DNA of 64,000 nucleotides from Takakia lepidozioides (lineage: Eukaryota > Plantae > Bryophyta). The notes beneath the pieces are model-generated. The model had not been told where the DNA came from and searched no databases. It saw only the letters and a program-made list of their open reading frames with translations. The translations under genes were made by a program, and so were the position numbers. Numbering within the stretch: position 1 is the first letter of the stretch; each line of letters starts with the position of its first letter. This document shows, in pieces, positions 1-13,488 of the stretch. The stretch is taken from contig CM060732.1 of the NCBI GenBank assembly GCA_030704615.1, forward strand, positions 27,280,001-27,344,000. Reading direction: 5' to 3'.

Positions 1-882
1 TGTTCTCCCTGATCCTCCACAGTGTGATGCCTCACCAACCATTCAGGCCATTGCCCCACCAGATCCTCTTCCTGAACCACCTCATCCTCCACAGACACTG
101 CAGTGTCTTTATATTCTATCCCTGGTACCTCCGTCACAGGTGTGGGTATTACATGCACAGCAGGGTTTTCCCTGGACAAGCGCTGCACCTCTGGAACCAC
201 TGATTCCCTTACCAAGGCAGAGTTTTCATAGAGAAGGTCACCGTTCTCAATTTTGGCCACGACCTGCTCTGTAATGGGAATGTCCAACCTTTCTCCGTCC
301 AAAGCAATTGGGGGTGGTGTCACAGCATGTTCTAACTGTGGAACCTCTAAGACAACTGAGTCAACTGGCTGTGGTGGCTGTGGTACCGAATTGACTTCCT
401 CTGTCTCCCATATACTACAGACTTGACGTAAGAATCTTACATCAACATTGTAAACAACCCCTATGTCAATCTTGTGAGGGCACTTGTCCTTTATGGCCAC
501 CGCCATCCCAACAGCATCGTGGAAGGACAAGTAACGCATATAGACGTCATGCTCCAAGGTGAACGAGGACTCCCTCCTCCCGAAAAAGAAGGGGGCCACA
601 CCCTCGATGCTTTCCATCTGCAGACCCCACACATGCAAAATTGCAGCCCCTTCTCTCCTGAGGACAATCCATCTCAAATCATTGCTTCAAGTGTAAACGG
701 CTACTAAAAGTCACAGCTCGTAGTTATAACAGCAAAGAAGTGAAAGTACGACTTGTAACAGCTACCGTTCCCTTACTACAATCATCCGGTCCACTTCAAA
801 TTCCTACAGGTCTCTTTATATGTTATAAATAAATAAATAAATAAACTTTGCTAAGTCCAAGGAAAGCTCCAAGAGCTTATAC

Positions 883-1315
883 AAAAGAAAACAGGGTACA
901 AGACAGAATGTTGGACATTGAACAATGAGTCCAAACACGGCTACTCTAAGGTAGTAAACAAACAAACAAAGATGACGAACTCCCGAGTCATTGACAAAGA
1001 CCACATTGTTTGGGAATTTACCTTGTCCATATGACAACCACTTGTGCATCTCTGTATAAGGAAACAACCTTCCTGGTAGCACATCAAACACGTGAGCTCA
1101 ATCTACGGGCCTGGAATGCGAAGGTACGAAAACAGACGATTCGCGCATCAATATCAACAATAGCGTCTGAATGAGGTGGCAAAGAGACCTAGCAACTCAA
1201 AATGGCAGACCAGGCAGATCAGACGCATTATGCGTGTACACGCGCTGAATTCATGTAGAGTCGACCGATGAGATTATGCTGATAGACCAGACAAACCAAT
1301 ATGGGAGAAGACATA
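883..1315. repeat. Dispersed repeat, copy 1 (probably TE/LTR-derived)
   Basis: Closely similar to 41932-42347, e.g. shared CTCCCGAGTCATTGACAAAGACCACATTGTTTGGGAATTTACCTTGTCCATATGACAACCAC. Confidence 0.8.
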
Positions 1316-1999
1316 ACTAGGTCCTGCAATTCATACTATCAGGCCCTCCAAGACTTACCATAATAAAGCCGCAGATAGTCAGGGCTAAATCCTTCACACA
1401 GCTGGCGAGTTTCTGCAGTGTCTTTATTTGCATCATCTTTCTCGTCAAATTCCGCGCGGTCCTCATCCATGGGCTCCAGGGGTTGTTCTCCCATGGTCCT
1501 CGATTCAAGTGAACACAAAAGACTCTAGAGGTGAGGTAAATGAAGGTACATTTTAGCTACCGTCCAATCCCTCCCAGATTGGTGAACAATGTTGTGTACT
1601 CTGCGGCTACATTCATAGCAAACAGCAGACACTAGATTTAGAGACATTCTCAAAATCCTCCTCGGAGCTCTAGTGTAACACACAATGGACCCCTTTCTCA
1701 CAAGCGGACTAAGAAGAAAGGAAGAGCGGCAAGAGAGGATGGAAAAAGTGGGAAATGATTGTACTGGCTGCGCGGGCTTCCTTAGGGATGAGCTCACTAG
1801 ACCCCGCCCATTCATTTACTTTTGGGTTTTAGTACTTCAATGTGCAAAGAAACATTGTTTTTGGGATTTAGGTGGGTGGGCATAGCTTTGTGTAGTCTAG
1901 TGGAGGAGACAATAGCTCCATGAAGAAAAAGCACACAATATTTACAAGTGACATGTTGTCATTTGCAATATATATACATATATATATTTTGTGACGGCG

Positions 2000-3205
2000 C
2001 TTGTTTGTATAATTACTTCATCTTGGTTATATCATATACTTATTATAAATGACCCACATAATATTGGGGGGTACATGTGTCATGTACATTGTAGAAATGA
2101 AAATTAAATTGTTAAATATTATACGTATTTATAAATGATGCTATATAATCTTTTATATTTCGTTTGTCACGTCCCTGTGATTTTTTATTGAGAACATTGC
2201 ATATACAAAACATTCTAAGTTTTATGAACACAATATTTCAAACATTTATAAGTATTTAAGTACAGAAATGCATTGACTATATATCTATACATCATCTCTA
2301 AATCATGCAGCCTATGTATAGGTCACTCAGGATATTTTTGAGTTCATACGATACACATAAATGATCAATATAACAATAGGAGGTCCATGTTAGAACTTAG
2401 AATGAATATTGAATTATAAAACGAATCTACATATTAAAATGATATTTGCTATTCATTTTTTCAATTTAATCTCCCAAATCCATGTGTTTTTTTTAAATTT
2501 AAAACAACTTATGCACGACAATGAAAAATATTCTACTTATGAGACTCCAAGCACATAAATGATCAATATAATAATAGAAGGTACATGTAAGAATGAACAG
2601 GGAATTGTGAAATTTTACATGCATTTAAGAAGGCTGTTATAGAATAGATTTTAATTGGATCTGTCACATATTTGTAATTCTTTTTAGTTAAAAATATTTC
2701 ATTGCATATCTGTCAATACAAAAATTCCAAGTATTGCGAACAAACTAGAAAACTATAGAGTATATGTGCACACATGTTATTAGATCCAATTGTTCTTTAT
2801 CACAATTCCTATGCATCCATCCTATGCATAGGTTACTCATAATCTTCTCGAATTCATGGGATACAAATAAATGATCTATATAATAATAATAGCAAATACG
2901 TTTATGAGTTAATATTAAATTATGAAATCTTCTCTGCATTTTAAAATAAATTGTTATTTTTTTATAATCCTGTCTCACACATCCTTGTATTTTTAATTAA
3001 AAATAACTTATTGCAGGACAATGAAAATATTCTACTTATGAGACTCTGTACACATAAATGACATGAAAACACATGTAAGAGTGAACACTGAATTGTGATA
3101 TTTCATATGCATTTAATAAGGCTGTTATAGGATAGATTTTAATTCAATCTCTACCCTTTGTGATTTTTTAATTTGCAATATTTTATTGCATATCTCATAA
3201 TATAA
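2000..3205. repeat. AT-rich tract with degenerate internal duplications
   Basis: e.g. ACAATGAAAAATATTCTACTTATGAGACTC near 2520 recurs near 3020; very low GC. Confidence 0.45.
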
Positions 3206-3214
3206 ATGTGGGCT

Positions 3215-3490
3215 TTGACAACATCACCCCATGGACCTCTTTGCTCTTTTGTAGGACTGCTGCAGACTCACAAACGCATTACAAACATGACCTGGTCCAG
3301 CTTCAATCCTTCCTGCATCTATTGCTGATCATAGGTCTCAAAAGCCTCCATCCCGCGCCCTGTTGTGCATGCCCTACAATTATCACGTTCCACAACAAAA
3401 CATCTTGTTTAGCCATATTGTCGAACATGCTCTTCGCATCCTCAAATTTCAATGCTTGAAACATTTGGCATACATTTAAGGCAGTGTTCA
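3215..3490 (-). pseudogene. PLS-class PPR gene fragment
   Basis: Translation FEDAKSMFDNMAKQDVLLWNVIIVGHAQQG matches the PPR S/P motif pattern; frameshifted and without context. Confidence 0.7.
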
Positions 3491-4382
3491 GGAATGCTCT
3501 CAGGGAAATGTGACGCACCTTGTTGGCGCCCCCGTGCCTTACTGGCGCCAATAACCTTGTTGGCGCCAACTGCCTTAGTGGCGCCACCTACATTGTTTGA
3601 GGGCCATGTCGTCAACAAGTGGTGTGAACAACTAAGTTGATTTGTCGAGGGACGCGGTGGTCATACGGTATTCCTTCGTGTACCAAATGCCCCAGAAATC
3701 AAAGATGAAAACATCTAAGCGTAAAATTGAAGGGTCTAAGAATCTATTAGAGAATATTGGTTGAACAAGTGGGATGAAGACATGGGCATTTGGTATTCCA
3801 ACGCATATGTTTGCCCACAAAATCAACGATGGACAAATCATCTACAACCAGTAAGTGGTTGATTTGTCGAGGGTTGTAGATGATTCGTCGATGGTCGTAG
3901 ATTATTTGTCGAGGGTCGTAGATGATAGTAAAATTGTCGAGCATTTGGTATTCCATACAAGAGAACCTGATCTCCGCCGGATCTCTGCTGTAAGGAGTAA
4001 GGACCCTGGACCGGCCCCGGAGTCTAGACCATCCATGTTTTGCTCTTTCAGCAGAGTGACGCTCCTTGTCTGAGGAGCTCACGTCCCCTTTCCTCTCTCT
4101 TCACTTCGCCCTTTCTTCATCAGGCTCCGCAATTCCGTCGTCGCCAACTCCGCCTTCTCGCTCAGGTACCTTGCTGGCCCTGCTTTGGCCTGCGTTGGTG
4201 TGTGTTTGGGAGCGGCGGCGTGGTTCCGAATTTTACTCCCGCATGATTTGCTAATCAGCTTTCGATTTCTGCTTGTATTTGCTCCGCTTTCTTTCTTTCT
4301 TTCTTCCTTGTGGTGTATGAATCTCAAGTTCTCTGTGTTTGGAAAACCAGTGCATTCACTTGTTCAGGGTCAGGTTTTCACC

Positions 4383-4641
4383 ATGGTCTCTGTCTACTTC
4401 AAGACGGATACATCTGCACCCGTTAAGATTTTCTGTACCCCTGATGGTAGGATTGATTTCGGTGCACTTGGGAATGAGTTCGGGTTGCGTCCAGATACTA
4501 TCAAATTGGACGGAGGTCGGTTTCCTGAGAGAGACCTCGAGTCAAAACATGCCTGGGAGGAGATCAAGAAGGCCAAGGCCGTCAATCATGCAGGAACGGA
4601 AGACGATCCTTTGATGGTCACTGGTGATGGAGCGTCTACAG
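4383..4641 (+). CDS. CR/Crinkler-like gene 1, N-terminal header exon (possibly ubiquitin-like)
   Basis: ATG at 4383, MVSVYFKTDTSAPVKIF...GTEDDPLMVTGDGAST, then phase-1 donor ACAG|GTATAT, compatible with the phase-1 acceptor at 7490. Confidence 0.6.
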
Positions 4642-4772
4642 GTATATGTTTCTTGGTAGCACTAGTATTATTTTGCATGCGATATTTCTCTTTGAATGTC
4701 AACGGATTTCTGGACTTGCTCCCTGGAAGCTTCCTTCAGTGATTTATTTGAGACGGTTTGAATATGTCGCAG

Positions 4773-4814
4773 GCCTGAAGGACGCGTTCCTACGAGCTCC
4801 TGCTCCTGCTCCTG
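4773..4814 (+). CDS. CR-like gene 1, 42-nt phase 1-1 linker mini-exon (GLKDAFLRAPAPAPG)
   Basis: GCAG| acceptor and G|GTATG donor; frame-preserving. Confidence 0.45.
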
Positions 4815-5254
4815 GTATGTTTCACTCCTAGCTGCTTTATTGGATAGGTTTTGTAGACTCTTAACTCGTTTATTGGATAGGATTTGTAGACTCTTTGCTA
4901 CTTTATTGGATAGATGTCTTTTTGCTCATTTCTTATTCACGATGATGCTGTGAAATCATCTCTTCTTGCCCTTCTTAACCCGCTGATTCTGCAGGTGAGA
5001 TTTCCTTACTAAAAAGTGGACTAGAAAGTGTTAGCAATTCTTGTTCCTGGGTGGGACATGGTTGTTTGTTATTTAGATGTGGAATTCTGGATGTGCACTC
5101 AGGGTTGCGCTCTCTTGGCAACTAGGTGTGGTGTAAGTTTCTTCGCGTTCACCCATCAGGGTGTCAGCTAGTGCGTCACGGGATGCAATTGTCGCATGTT
5201 GATGTCCAATCCAGCACCTTGGACATTTTTTTTTGTCATTTCAGTGCATGGTCC

Positions 5255-7240
5255 ACTATGTTGATATCTTGTTTTGTTTTTACAAGCACCTGATCCTTGT
5301 GGTGGTCTGAGTTTCTTAGGGCTCTGCGGCCTGAGTTTGCTGATAGTGAGGTTCAAGTACTTAGAGTTTGTCGTCACCAGATCATTTGCTCCTTTTGAAG
5401 AGGAAATGATAATATTAGTTATGACTTCAGAATCCTTGGTTATTATTTGTATGTGGAATTCTGGTGCCGACACACTCGTTTTGGAGTAAGGGTTTTCGCA
5501 AGGATTATATGCATTGCACTGCTTCTTGGAAATGTCTGGCCGTGAACCTTTGTGGGCACTTTTCGTGCGAGGCAAGCCCTTCTGAATCTCTTGAAGCGCA
5601 GTGGTCGGTCAGATTGCGGCAGATGATGGCAGGTTTAAAGTGTTGTGTGGCCTGAAACCCTAACTCTAAGCTGTCATTTTGGTAGTTCACTTGTGAGTGA
5701 TTGCCGTCCTTGCATCCACTTCTATTTTTATTGTGAGGGAGAGGGAGTCTTCCTTTGTGTCTCTGGAGCTCTCTTGGATATTTTGCATCCATAACCATAA
5801 CCGGAACAGTTTTGGACGTTCTCAATGGCATCCCAAGAGTATGTACAGGGTTAGGGTTTCAAATCTTCATCTGATTTTTGTGACGTCTCTTGCTTCTTGG
5901 TTGAACGGTGTTGTGTCTGTCTTCGCAGCTTACTTTCTGTGTGGGATTGTTGGTTATGGAAACCATGGTTGTGGTTTAGGGTGTCAGATAGTGCGTCAAG
6001 GAGGGAGTCTGGTGAGTGTAAATTTGTAGGGTTTGCTACCAATGTGTGAAGAATGAGTTTCTGTTCTCTCCAGTACTTTGATGCATGTGACCTGCGAATC
6101 AGTAGTGTTGTTCAAACCTTTACGATTTCTTGAGTACCATCTTCAGAGGATAGAAAGCTCTAGCCGAAATTGTGCGCATGTTTTGAGCCGTTAATTGGTC
6201 GATGACAGAATGTGGTTGTTGGTGACTTATGTGAGTTAACCAAAACCGCCTTGGCTGCAGAACCTTCTCTGACAGTGTTCACCCATTAGCTAGGGTGTCA
6301 GATAGTGCGTCATGGAGAGAGTCTGGTGAATGTCGATGGGCTGCCTAGGGCAGTCTGAGCCCGTTTGTGTTTATGTCTGCAATTCTGATGATAGGCAGGC
6401 ACATTTGAATTCTTGCAAGACAATTGGGCAGTTGATTGTTGAACCCGCTGCAGTTGCTGATTTGTTCAATGATTCGTTCAATGCGTAGCTTGGAGTCAAG
6501 TGTTTGCAATTTTTTTGGTTTCTTGGCTGCGTTGTGCCCTCAGGGTTTCAACAGCTTCTCCCAATCCCGTGTGTGATCCTGTGTACAGTTGATACACGCA
6601 GTTTATTCATTCGATAGATCCATGTTAACAAGTAAAGTATGAGGAGGGTCCTTTGAAAGACACGGTTGTTTGTTATTTATATGTGGAATTCTGGTTGTGC
6701 ACTACATGATAGATGCAACTCAACAACATGGGTTGGCTGTTGTGGGGATACTTCTCAAAGCTTTTGAGCACCTACAGCAGATGGCAGGGTTTTGCTTTTC
6801 TTTCTGCTTTTGTTGCTTTTCTTTGTTTTTCTGTCTTGAGTTCGAGTAGTTTAAGCAGTCAATGAACACAAGGTCAGGTGCTTAAGGTTTGCAAATTATT
6901 TATTTATTCCGTAGGATGGAATCTACTCAGATTTCAAGATTGGATTGGATTGGATTGTAAGGAATCTCTGCATTTCAGTAAGGTCTGTGATTGACCCTCG
7001 TGCTTTTCTATACCTTCTCTCTTGCTTTTGTTGCTTTTCTTTGTTTTTCTGTCTTGAGTTCGAGTAGTGCAAGCAGTCAATGAACAGAAGGTCAAGTGCT
7101 TAGGGTTTGCAAATAATTTGTTTATTCCATAGGCTGGAATCTGCTCAGATTCAAGATAGAACAACAATAGAACAATAGTGGAAAGAAAAGGGACAATTCT
7201 TCATGATTAGTTTGGGTTTTGGGTTTAGGGTTTAGGGTGG
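5255..7240. repeat. Intronic mosaic of repeat blocks shared with 19553-21750 (inverted) and 28950-33500
   Basis: Near-identical blocks: 5260-5440 = 30866-31040; 5445-6260 = 31070-31910 and 31910-32670; 6260-6860 = 32670-33260; 6920-7210 = 28960-29260. Confidence 0.85.
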
Positions 7241-7243
7241 AAG

Positions 7244-10200
7244 GGACAATGATTAGCTAGAGTAACGAGTTGCCTTGTGGTGGTTTGAGATTCTTAGGGT
7301 CCTGTGGCCTGAGTTTGCTGATAGTGAGGGGTTCGTTTGTCACCGGATCGTGGTAACTTCTGCCTTGATATTCTTGTAGTTGGACCGTCATTTTGGTCGT
7401 TCACTTGTGAGTGCTTGCCGTCCTTGCATCCACTTCTATTGTTATTCTGAGTCATTTTGTTGCTGTTGTTTGTGATACATCTCAAGCAGGTTACCGCAAA
7501 GATCGTTCCGAAGCTTGGATTAGGTACATGCTGCTCCCACAGCTACCTGAGCTCCCCCAAAATAAGGCCGGTCTTGAAAAGGTATTGTTCCCTGAGCAGC
7601 ATCGGAAGCTTCCTGTAACGCCGCAGACCTACGAGTATGTATCAGCAACAATGCCCGAGTTGGCGGCGAATGTTTTAATCGAGACAGATGGTTCAAGACT
7701 TCCTTGTTTAGTGGGAGCCTTCCTATCGCGCAAACTTGAGGAGATAGTCACCGAGATACAAACATCGTTCCTCGTTGCATGCGGCGGGTTGCAAGAGTTC
7801 TTTGGCGTTTTCAAGCAATATGTGGCCGGTTTTAAGGTCACGTTTTCATTCAATTCTACTGACAGGGCGCGGTACAGTTTCTCCCAAACTACTGCACACA
7901 GGACAAGGCCTGATACGATTGGCATAGCCTTTGGATGCACCTTCCTAGTAGGTGAAGACAAGGTTGGCAACTTGCATGCAGCTGAAGGCGATCTTCGTTC
8001 TAAGATGAGGTCGCTTAATCCGATGTTTTATGGGGAATTGAAATTTATTCTAGGCTACATAGCAGCAGGCACTGAATTTCAGTGGGTGTATATCGGCAGG
8101 AGAGGTCCAAAGGAGTTGTATCCAGTGGGTCGACGTCTTAACCTATCAGATATTTCTGATCGCTGCCATTTTTTACTCAGCGTAGGCTATGCCTTCCAGC
8201 TAATGAAGAAAATGCATGACTCTGTTCCGGTAGTCCCAGGTCGCCGTGCCATGTTTTCTATGGAAAAGTCACCGGATGGAAGGAGGAGTATTTACTTTTA
8301 TGATGACAAAGTGGCGAAGCACATTAGAGACTTTTCTAGTTATAGTGCTGACCAGGGGACGGATATTACCGTGATAAAGAGGGCTTATGTTGCTGCGAGA
8401 ACATGTAAGTTTCTGCCGCAGATGGTGGCATTGCCTGTCGAAACTGCTCATGGATCCTACAGAGTTGAGTTTGGTCCTCTTGGATACCAATGCAGATTGG
8501 AGTCTGAAGAGGAATGCAGGTGGATGGCTCAGTGTGTCTGCCGAGCCTTATGTATCCTCCACAGTGCGGGCCTGGTGCACAGGGATATCCGACTCCCAAA
8601 TATTGTGCGCCTTTCAGATACAGATTTCATGCTCATCGACCTCGAATCTGTAGCAGATTTTCCTTTCAAATTGTTTGATGGATTTCAGCCTTTCTCAGCC
8701 TGGTCTCCGGAGATGTGTGAGGGCAACCAGTATACGCCCTTTTCAGACATGTATAGTGTTGGCAAACTCCTGGATGAGTATATCCCCGTTGCAAGGACAG
8801 CACATGCTGAAGATTTTATAAGGAAGCTCACTGACAAACAACTCAGTTCATTACAGGCATTACAACATCCTTGGCTATCAGAGCTCATGCTGTGGGTTTA
8901 TCCTAATTCATCTCTCATTTTGTGACCTTGATGTTTGCTGATGTTTGCTGATGTTTGTGCAAGTTGGTAAAACCTTGTCCTTAGTTGCTACATGTTTGAG
9001 GCTCAGCTCTTAAATCTGCAATTGGATTCTCTTTAACCTATATTCTCTGATTGACCTTTTGTACACTGTTTTATGGCACCTCCAGTTTTTCACATAATTC
9101 TAGATGATCTAATCAAATAGACTAAAAAGAATGAGAGGTAATTGTTGCTGGCCAAATGAGAGGGAATCCCAGAAAACTGGAGCTGTTGGAATTCATTCTG
9201 ATTGCACTGTAATTCTTGGTAAAAGGCGAAAGAGTTGTCTGCTCTGAGCTGGGCATCCCGCTTATTTGGTCTGCGGTTCTTGCTTAAGCTTGTAGCAAAG
9301 TGGTTGTCTAATATGTTGGATGTGTCGTTTGCAGGAGTTTTGACTAGAGGCGGTGGAAGCGACTGTTGATGCACTTGCTGCTGTGCACTTTTTCATGGGG
9401 ACATTCGATGCCCTAATATCTTGGTTGATTTTAGGGGGCATTAAGGTGTTTGTTTGATCGATTTTGGTATTTCACGACCCATCACCAGTACTGAAGATCG
9501 CAAGAGGGAGTGTGTGCAACTGGAAGTCATGTTGGAACATGTGCAGAAACTCGGCGATCTTGCTCATAGGGAGGGCATCCCTGCTGGGCGTGTACACTGA
9601 ATATTGATATGTGCAGAATGTTGCTACGAAGAACTTAGTTCTTGGAGACAAGTGTTGCTGGTTTTATTTTTGGAAACCCATGAACCTCATTCTGCTATCA
9701 TGTACTCTAGGAGAATGAACCAGAGATTCTTGTACCCAGAGTGTATAGAGGTTTTTTTGGTCAAGGTCCAATAGATCTGTACAGTGACAGCACTGTTTTT
9801 CTTAATGTTTAGGAGATGTCTTTGTTGGCCTTACTGGATTTTTTGGACTCTGCAGATAGCCTTGGCCATGACAGCCTCAGTTAGTGACTCCATGATTTCA
9901 AATTCGAGTCAGCAATCCCTTGATGCACTCTTATCTTGTTCTCCGGCACGTCGTGTTGAATGTTGCCATTGAGGCAGGATTTGACCTCCGCAACTGCATA
10001 GGTGGTTTCACCAATTCTGAGAACATCCCTGTTTCTGAGCTTCCCGTGTAATCGTGATTCCATGTTGAACTCACAGTTCACTCTTCAAGCTTAGCTTTCC
10101 ATCAGATAACGCAGATGTGATAAAGACAAAACTAAAACTTCCGTTTCAGTTTTCGCTCGAGTAAACAAGATATTCATTTTTGTTGATGTGTCATTATTAT

Positions 10201-10732
10201 TCCTCGGAACAAAACAAGAAAAGAGAAAGGCACTTCATTGTATATGAAACCAGAGGCTGTTTACAGAGCAGTACTTTTCAATTTGACAACAACGCTGTTT
10301 CATGCTATAAATTTCAAATGCTAAAACTTTCACTAAGTTTACGAAAAACAAAGATATTGCTTCAATGCTGAATCAAAATGGGGGGTTTAGGGTGAAGTGC
10401 CCTAAACCCTAAAACTTTTGAGGACTCGGGTGGTTTGTTTAGATTAAAATCTTTAATGAATCAGAACACGATTTCTTGAAACTCTAACTAGGAGGAACTA
10501 ACAAGCCAACCCCTACAAGTGTCTACTTAAAGGTAATCCATCAGTCGCACCAAACAAGATAATATTTGTAAAGGACACTCTGAGAGATAGCCCTCTGAAC
10601 TCACAAATTTGAACCCCAAAGTTCAAGGCATGTGGAGAGGTTCAGAAGTTTATTGCATGTATTAACCATGCTAAGTATAAGCAACAGTAGAATGATACAA
10701 TTTCTATAATTGACCTTACAAATTTTAGGCTT
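7244..10732 (+). repeat. 3.5-kb segmental duplication, copy 1 (copy 2 at 33878-37358)
   Basis: Near-identical from GGACAATGATTAGCTAGAG to TTTTAGGCTT; most ORF-track translations are identical or near-identical; offset about 26.63 kb. Confidence 0.95.
7490..8925 (+). CDS. CR/Crinkler-like effector exon: PD-(D/E)xK restriction-endonuclease-like domain plus protein kinase (intact)
   Basis: RPDTIG...LVGEDK nuclease-like motif; kinase motifs LVHRDIRLPNIV, LIDLE, SPE, SDMYSVG, ALQHPWL; acceptor AAGCAG|G at 7489/7490; ORF track 7411-8925. Confidence 0.8.
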
Positions 10733-11131
10733 GCGGCACCGCATTCCATTGTCCAATACAAAATTTTGATGACGGACATGGAAATGCAGTGCCGCATTTC
10801 CAGAACAAACATCGTTGATTGTCCAATTCCAGACCCGTCGACGGAAATGCGGCACCGCATTCCATTGTCCAATAAGAAAATTTGATGACGGACATGGAAA
10901 TGTGGTGCCGCATTTCCAGAACGGACATGGACTTGCATTGACGATTGGACATGCTTGGACAATTCAAGGTCCAATATGGAAATGCGGTGCCGCATTTCCA
11001 ATTCGAAGTATGATAATGCCATGTCAAGAAATGAAATGCGGTACAACATTTCCGTTTCGACCACAACGGAGGAAAGGGAGCTGCCAGAAATCGCTGCATG
11101 GAGAAAAATGAAATGCGGTGCCGCATTTCCG
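10733..11131. repeat. Cluster of about 7 palindromic motifs GGAAATGCGG(TG/CA)CCGCATTTCC, probably DNA-transposon subterminal repeats
   Basis: Motif recurs every ~55-70 bp and starts exactly where the segmental duplication ends. Confidence 0.7.
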
Positions 11132-11283
11132 AGCTTTTCCTTTTACTCATACATGGATTTCCTTCACCTCAGGACTCTGATATCGCTGACTCTGGTATAT
11201 TCATGTGGACAGACACATTGTACAAATGAGACCACAAATTGTAAACAATGGGCCAATTACAGCATTTCTTGAACACAATGAAA

Positions 11284-13449
11284 TGTAGTGTGAATGCAGG
11301 GGAGAGAACATTACATATGTTTACCATTACGACCTACATCACTATGACGGAGTGCCCGTCATCCCAACTGCAGAAAGGATGTATCCCTTCATGTAGGTCA
11401 TTTCATGAGCGCACTGAACTTATGCTTTGCCAGGAGAAAATGGCTAAGTCATGACGGTACACATTTTCATCCATGCGATGAACGTTTTCATCACTGGTTC
11501 TTGACCTAAAAGATCGCGGGTTGAGAAACACGAAGAGGAAGATGATGGATGGCTCATAGCGGCTGTTGCAAGCAGTGGTGTCGGCAGGGCAGCCTGTGTT
11601 AGGAGGTTGTACTTGCGCGGTGGGATCTTGCTTGGCTTAGGAAGCGGCATTAAGACGCCTCTGCTTGGTATTCTGTGTAGAAAGAAGCGGTGCCGCCTCT
11701 CTCGTAGTGATGATCAATTCCAAGAGATAGAAGCATGTAAGGAAAGCGGCGCACCACCACTGCCGCCAGTGCCTTGAAGATGATAGTTATGGGCAGATAA
11801 ACAAGCAGGGAAAAGGCCAGCTGCTGAAAGCACAGGGAAGAGAGTCTGGGCACAATCAATGGGGGGGAGGTAAAGCATGTGGAGTTCTGGCTGTATGGTA
11901 TCTCAGGTTCTCTGTCATTAAGCTTCTAGCTGCTTTGTGTCTCCTTGTTATAGGACCAGGCCAATTCAAGAGGAAGAATTGCATAGCGTAATCTGGTTGT
12001 CAGGCCACAGGATGGTCCAAGTGAAGAAGGGGAGCCATCATGGCGTCATAAGGTCTGGAATCAAGACAAAGAGAAAGGGTTGAAGTGGCTGCTGACGGGC
12101 GATGGCAAGGTGCCACCTTGACAGGCAGACCCGCCGCTTCACTAGTGGATAAAAACAGATAAGTCGATGAACAGTGGCTTCTTTTTGGGTGGACTTAGAA
12201 ATTGCTTTGGTAGATTTAGGACTGCCATCTTGGCAGAAGAGAAAAGGTAGAGACATGTGACAAGAAAAAGTTTTTGAAATGGGAATGGAGACTTTGGACT
12301 TCAGACCAGAACGTGGAAAGGATGGATGCACCTGATGTTGTGATGACAGTGAGAGAAATAAGTGAAGAGAGAGAGAAAGAGAGAGCCTGTTCGTCACTGA
12401 ATTCAGAATGGTCACTGTTGTCTTCATTCTTGCATTCTGATTCAGTGTCATAAACCTGGACACCATGCTGCCGTGTGTAGTGATAACCTGGAACCAATGT
12501 AGATCTGGCTTGTTTGTTTGGAGAGATCAATGATGGTTAGCTGGAGTTGCAAAAAAACATGGAAAGGATAAGGTGATTTCACTATGGGATCAGGATCTGA
12601 ACAACTGCGTTCCACAGTTGAAGGGAAAAGAGGGATGTTGGGGTATTTGGGTTGAAGTCTGACAAAAGAGATGAGAGCTGTTTGAGCGATGGGTCATTGG
12701 AAAAAGGAAAAGAGAGAGAGACTGATGGATGGGATGGTTGTGTCTTGAGAGACCGAGGATGACTTCAAGGCTGGCCGCACTGGATGCCTAGCAGCGTGTG
12801 CATTCACATTACATGACAGATCTGCTGCTGTGAAATAGTGGGGAACCTGGGGACATAGACAGAGATAGTGAAACAGACAAAAAGGGAAAAGAAAGAGAGA
12901 GAGTGAAAAATGGGATTTGGGTAAGGAGAGAGCTGCAATTCAAAAGGGCTGTTGGGGGGGTTGGTCAATTTGGGGAGATGAGATGAAGAAAACCTGAAAC
13001 CTGAAAGAAACCAGTGCCCCTGCAGACCATGAAGATCTGAGCTGCCTCCTCCTAAATCTGTGTCACCACTACAAAAAGGGGATTTCCGACCTGTCACTGC
13101 TCAAGTGGGCTTCACATAAAGGATCGTGTTTACCGCTGCCATTGGGCTGATTTGCATCACTGAATACATCGCACCAGCATAGCTGGTGCTGTACCTGCTG
13201 ATAGGGGATGTTGTGTAAAAGGTAGAACCAAGAGTGAACAACAAATTGACTCCCCATCCATGTCTTCCCTTCCGCTGCGGCGTGGATGAGGATTGCTTGA
13301 ACTCTGATCACGGAGGAGCTGAGGGAAACCCACAGCCAAGTGACGACAGTTGGACAGATTAGAAAGAACGCTTCTTTCCTCTTGCTCCGCAATCAATGGA
13401 GGGGAGCACAATTAGAATTATACAGAAGGGGATTCACGCCCCTTCTTTT
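11284..13449 (+). mobile_element. LTR (5' LTR-like) of a Gypsy element, lacking the terminal 9 nt
   Basis: Starts TGTAGTGTGAATG; reverse complement of 15261-17426; followed directly by a PBS. Confidence 0.75.
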
Positions 13450-13460
13450 GGTATCAGAGC
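13449..13460 (+). other. Primer-binding site complementary to initiator tRNA-Met
   Basis: TGGTATCAGAGC immediately after the LTR. Confidence 0.75.
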
Positions 13461-13488
13461 TACGTTGTTAAATCTTGATTTCTACTTG

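Noticed and set aside
1-820. Gag-like coding remnant on the minus strand
   Set aside because: No recognisable motif could be supported
7411-7489. N-terminal signal-peptide-like start of the 504-aa kinase ORF
   Set aside because: It begins at a GTG inside an intronic repeat block, upstream of a good acceptor at 7489, so it is probably intron
10733-11131. CRISPR-like repeats or real ORFs (10642-11272)
   Set aside because: The repeats are degenerate with related intervening sequence; the ORFs are by-products of the repeat
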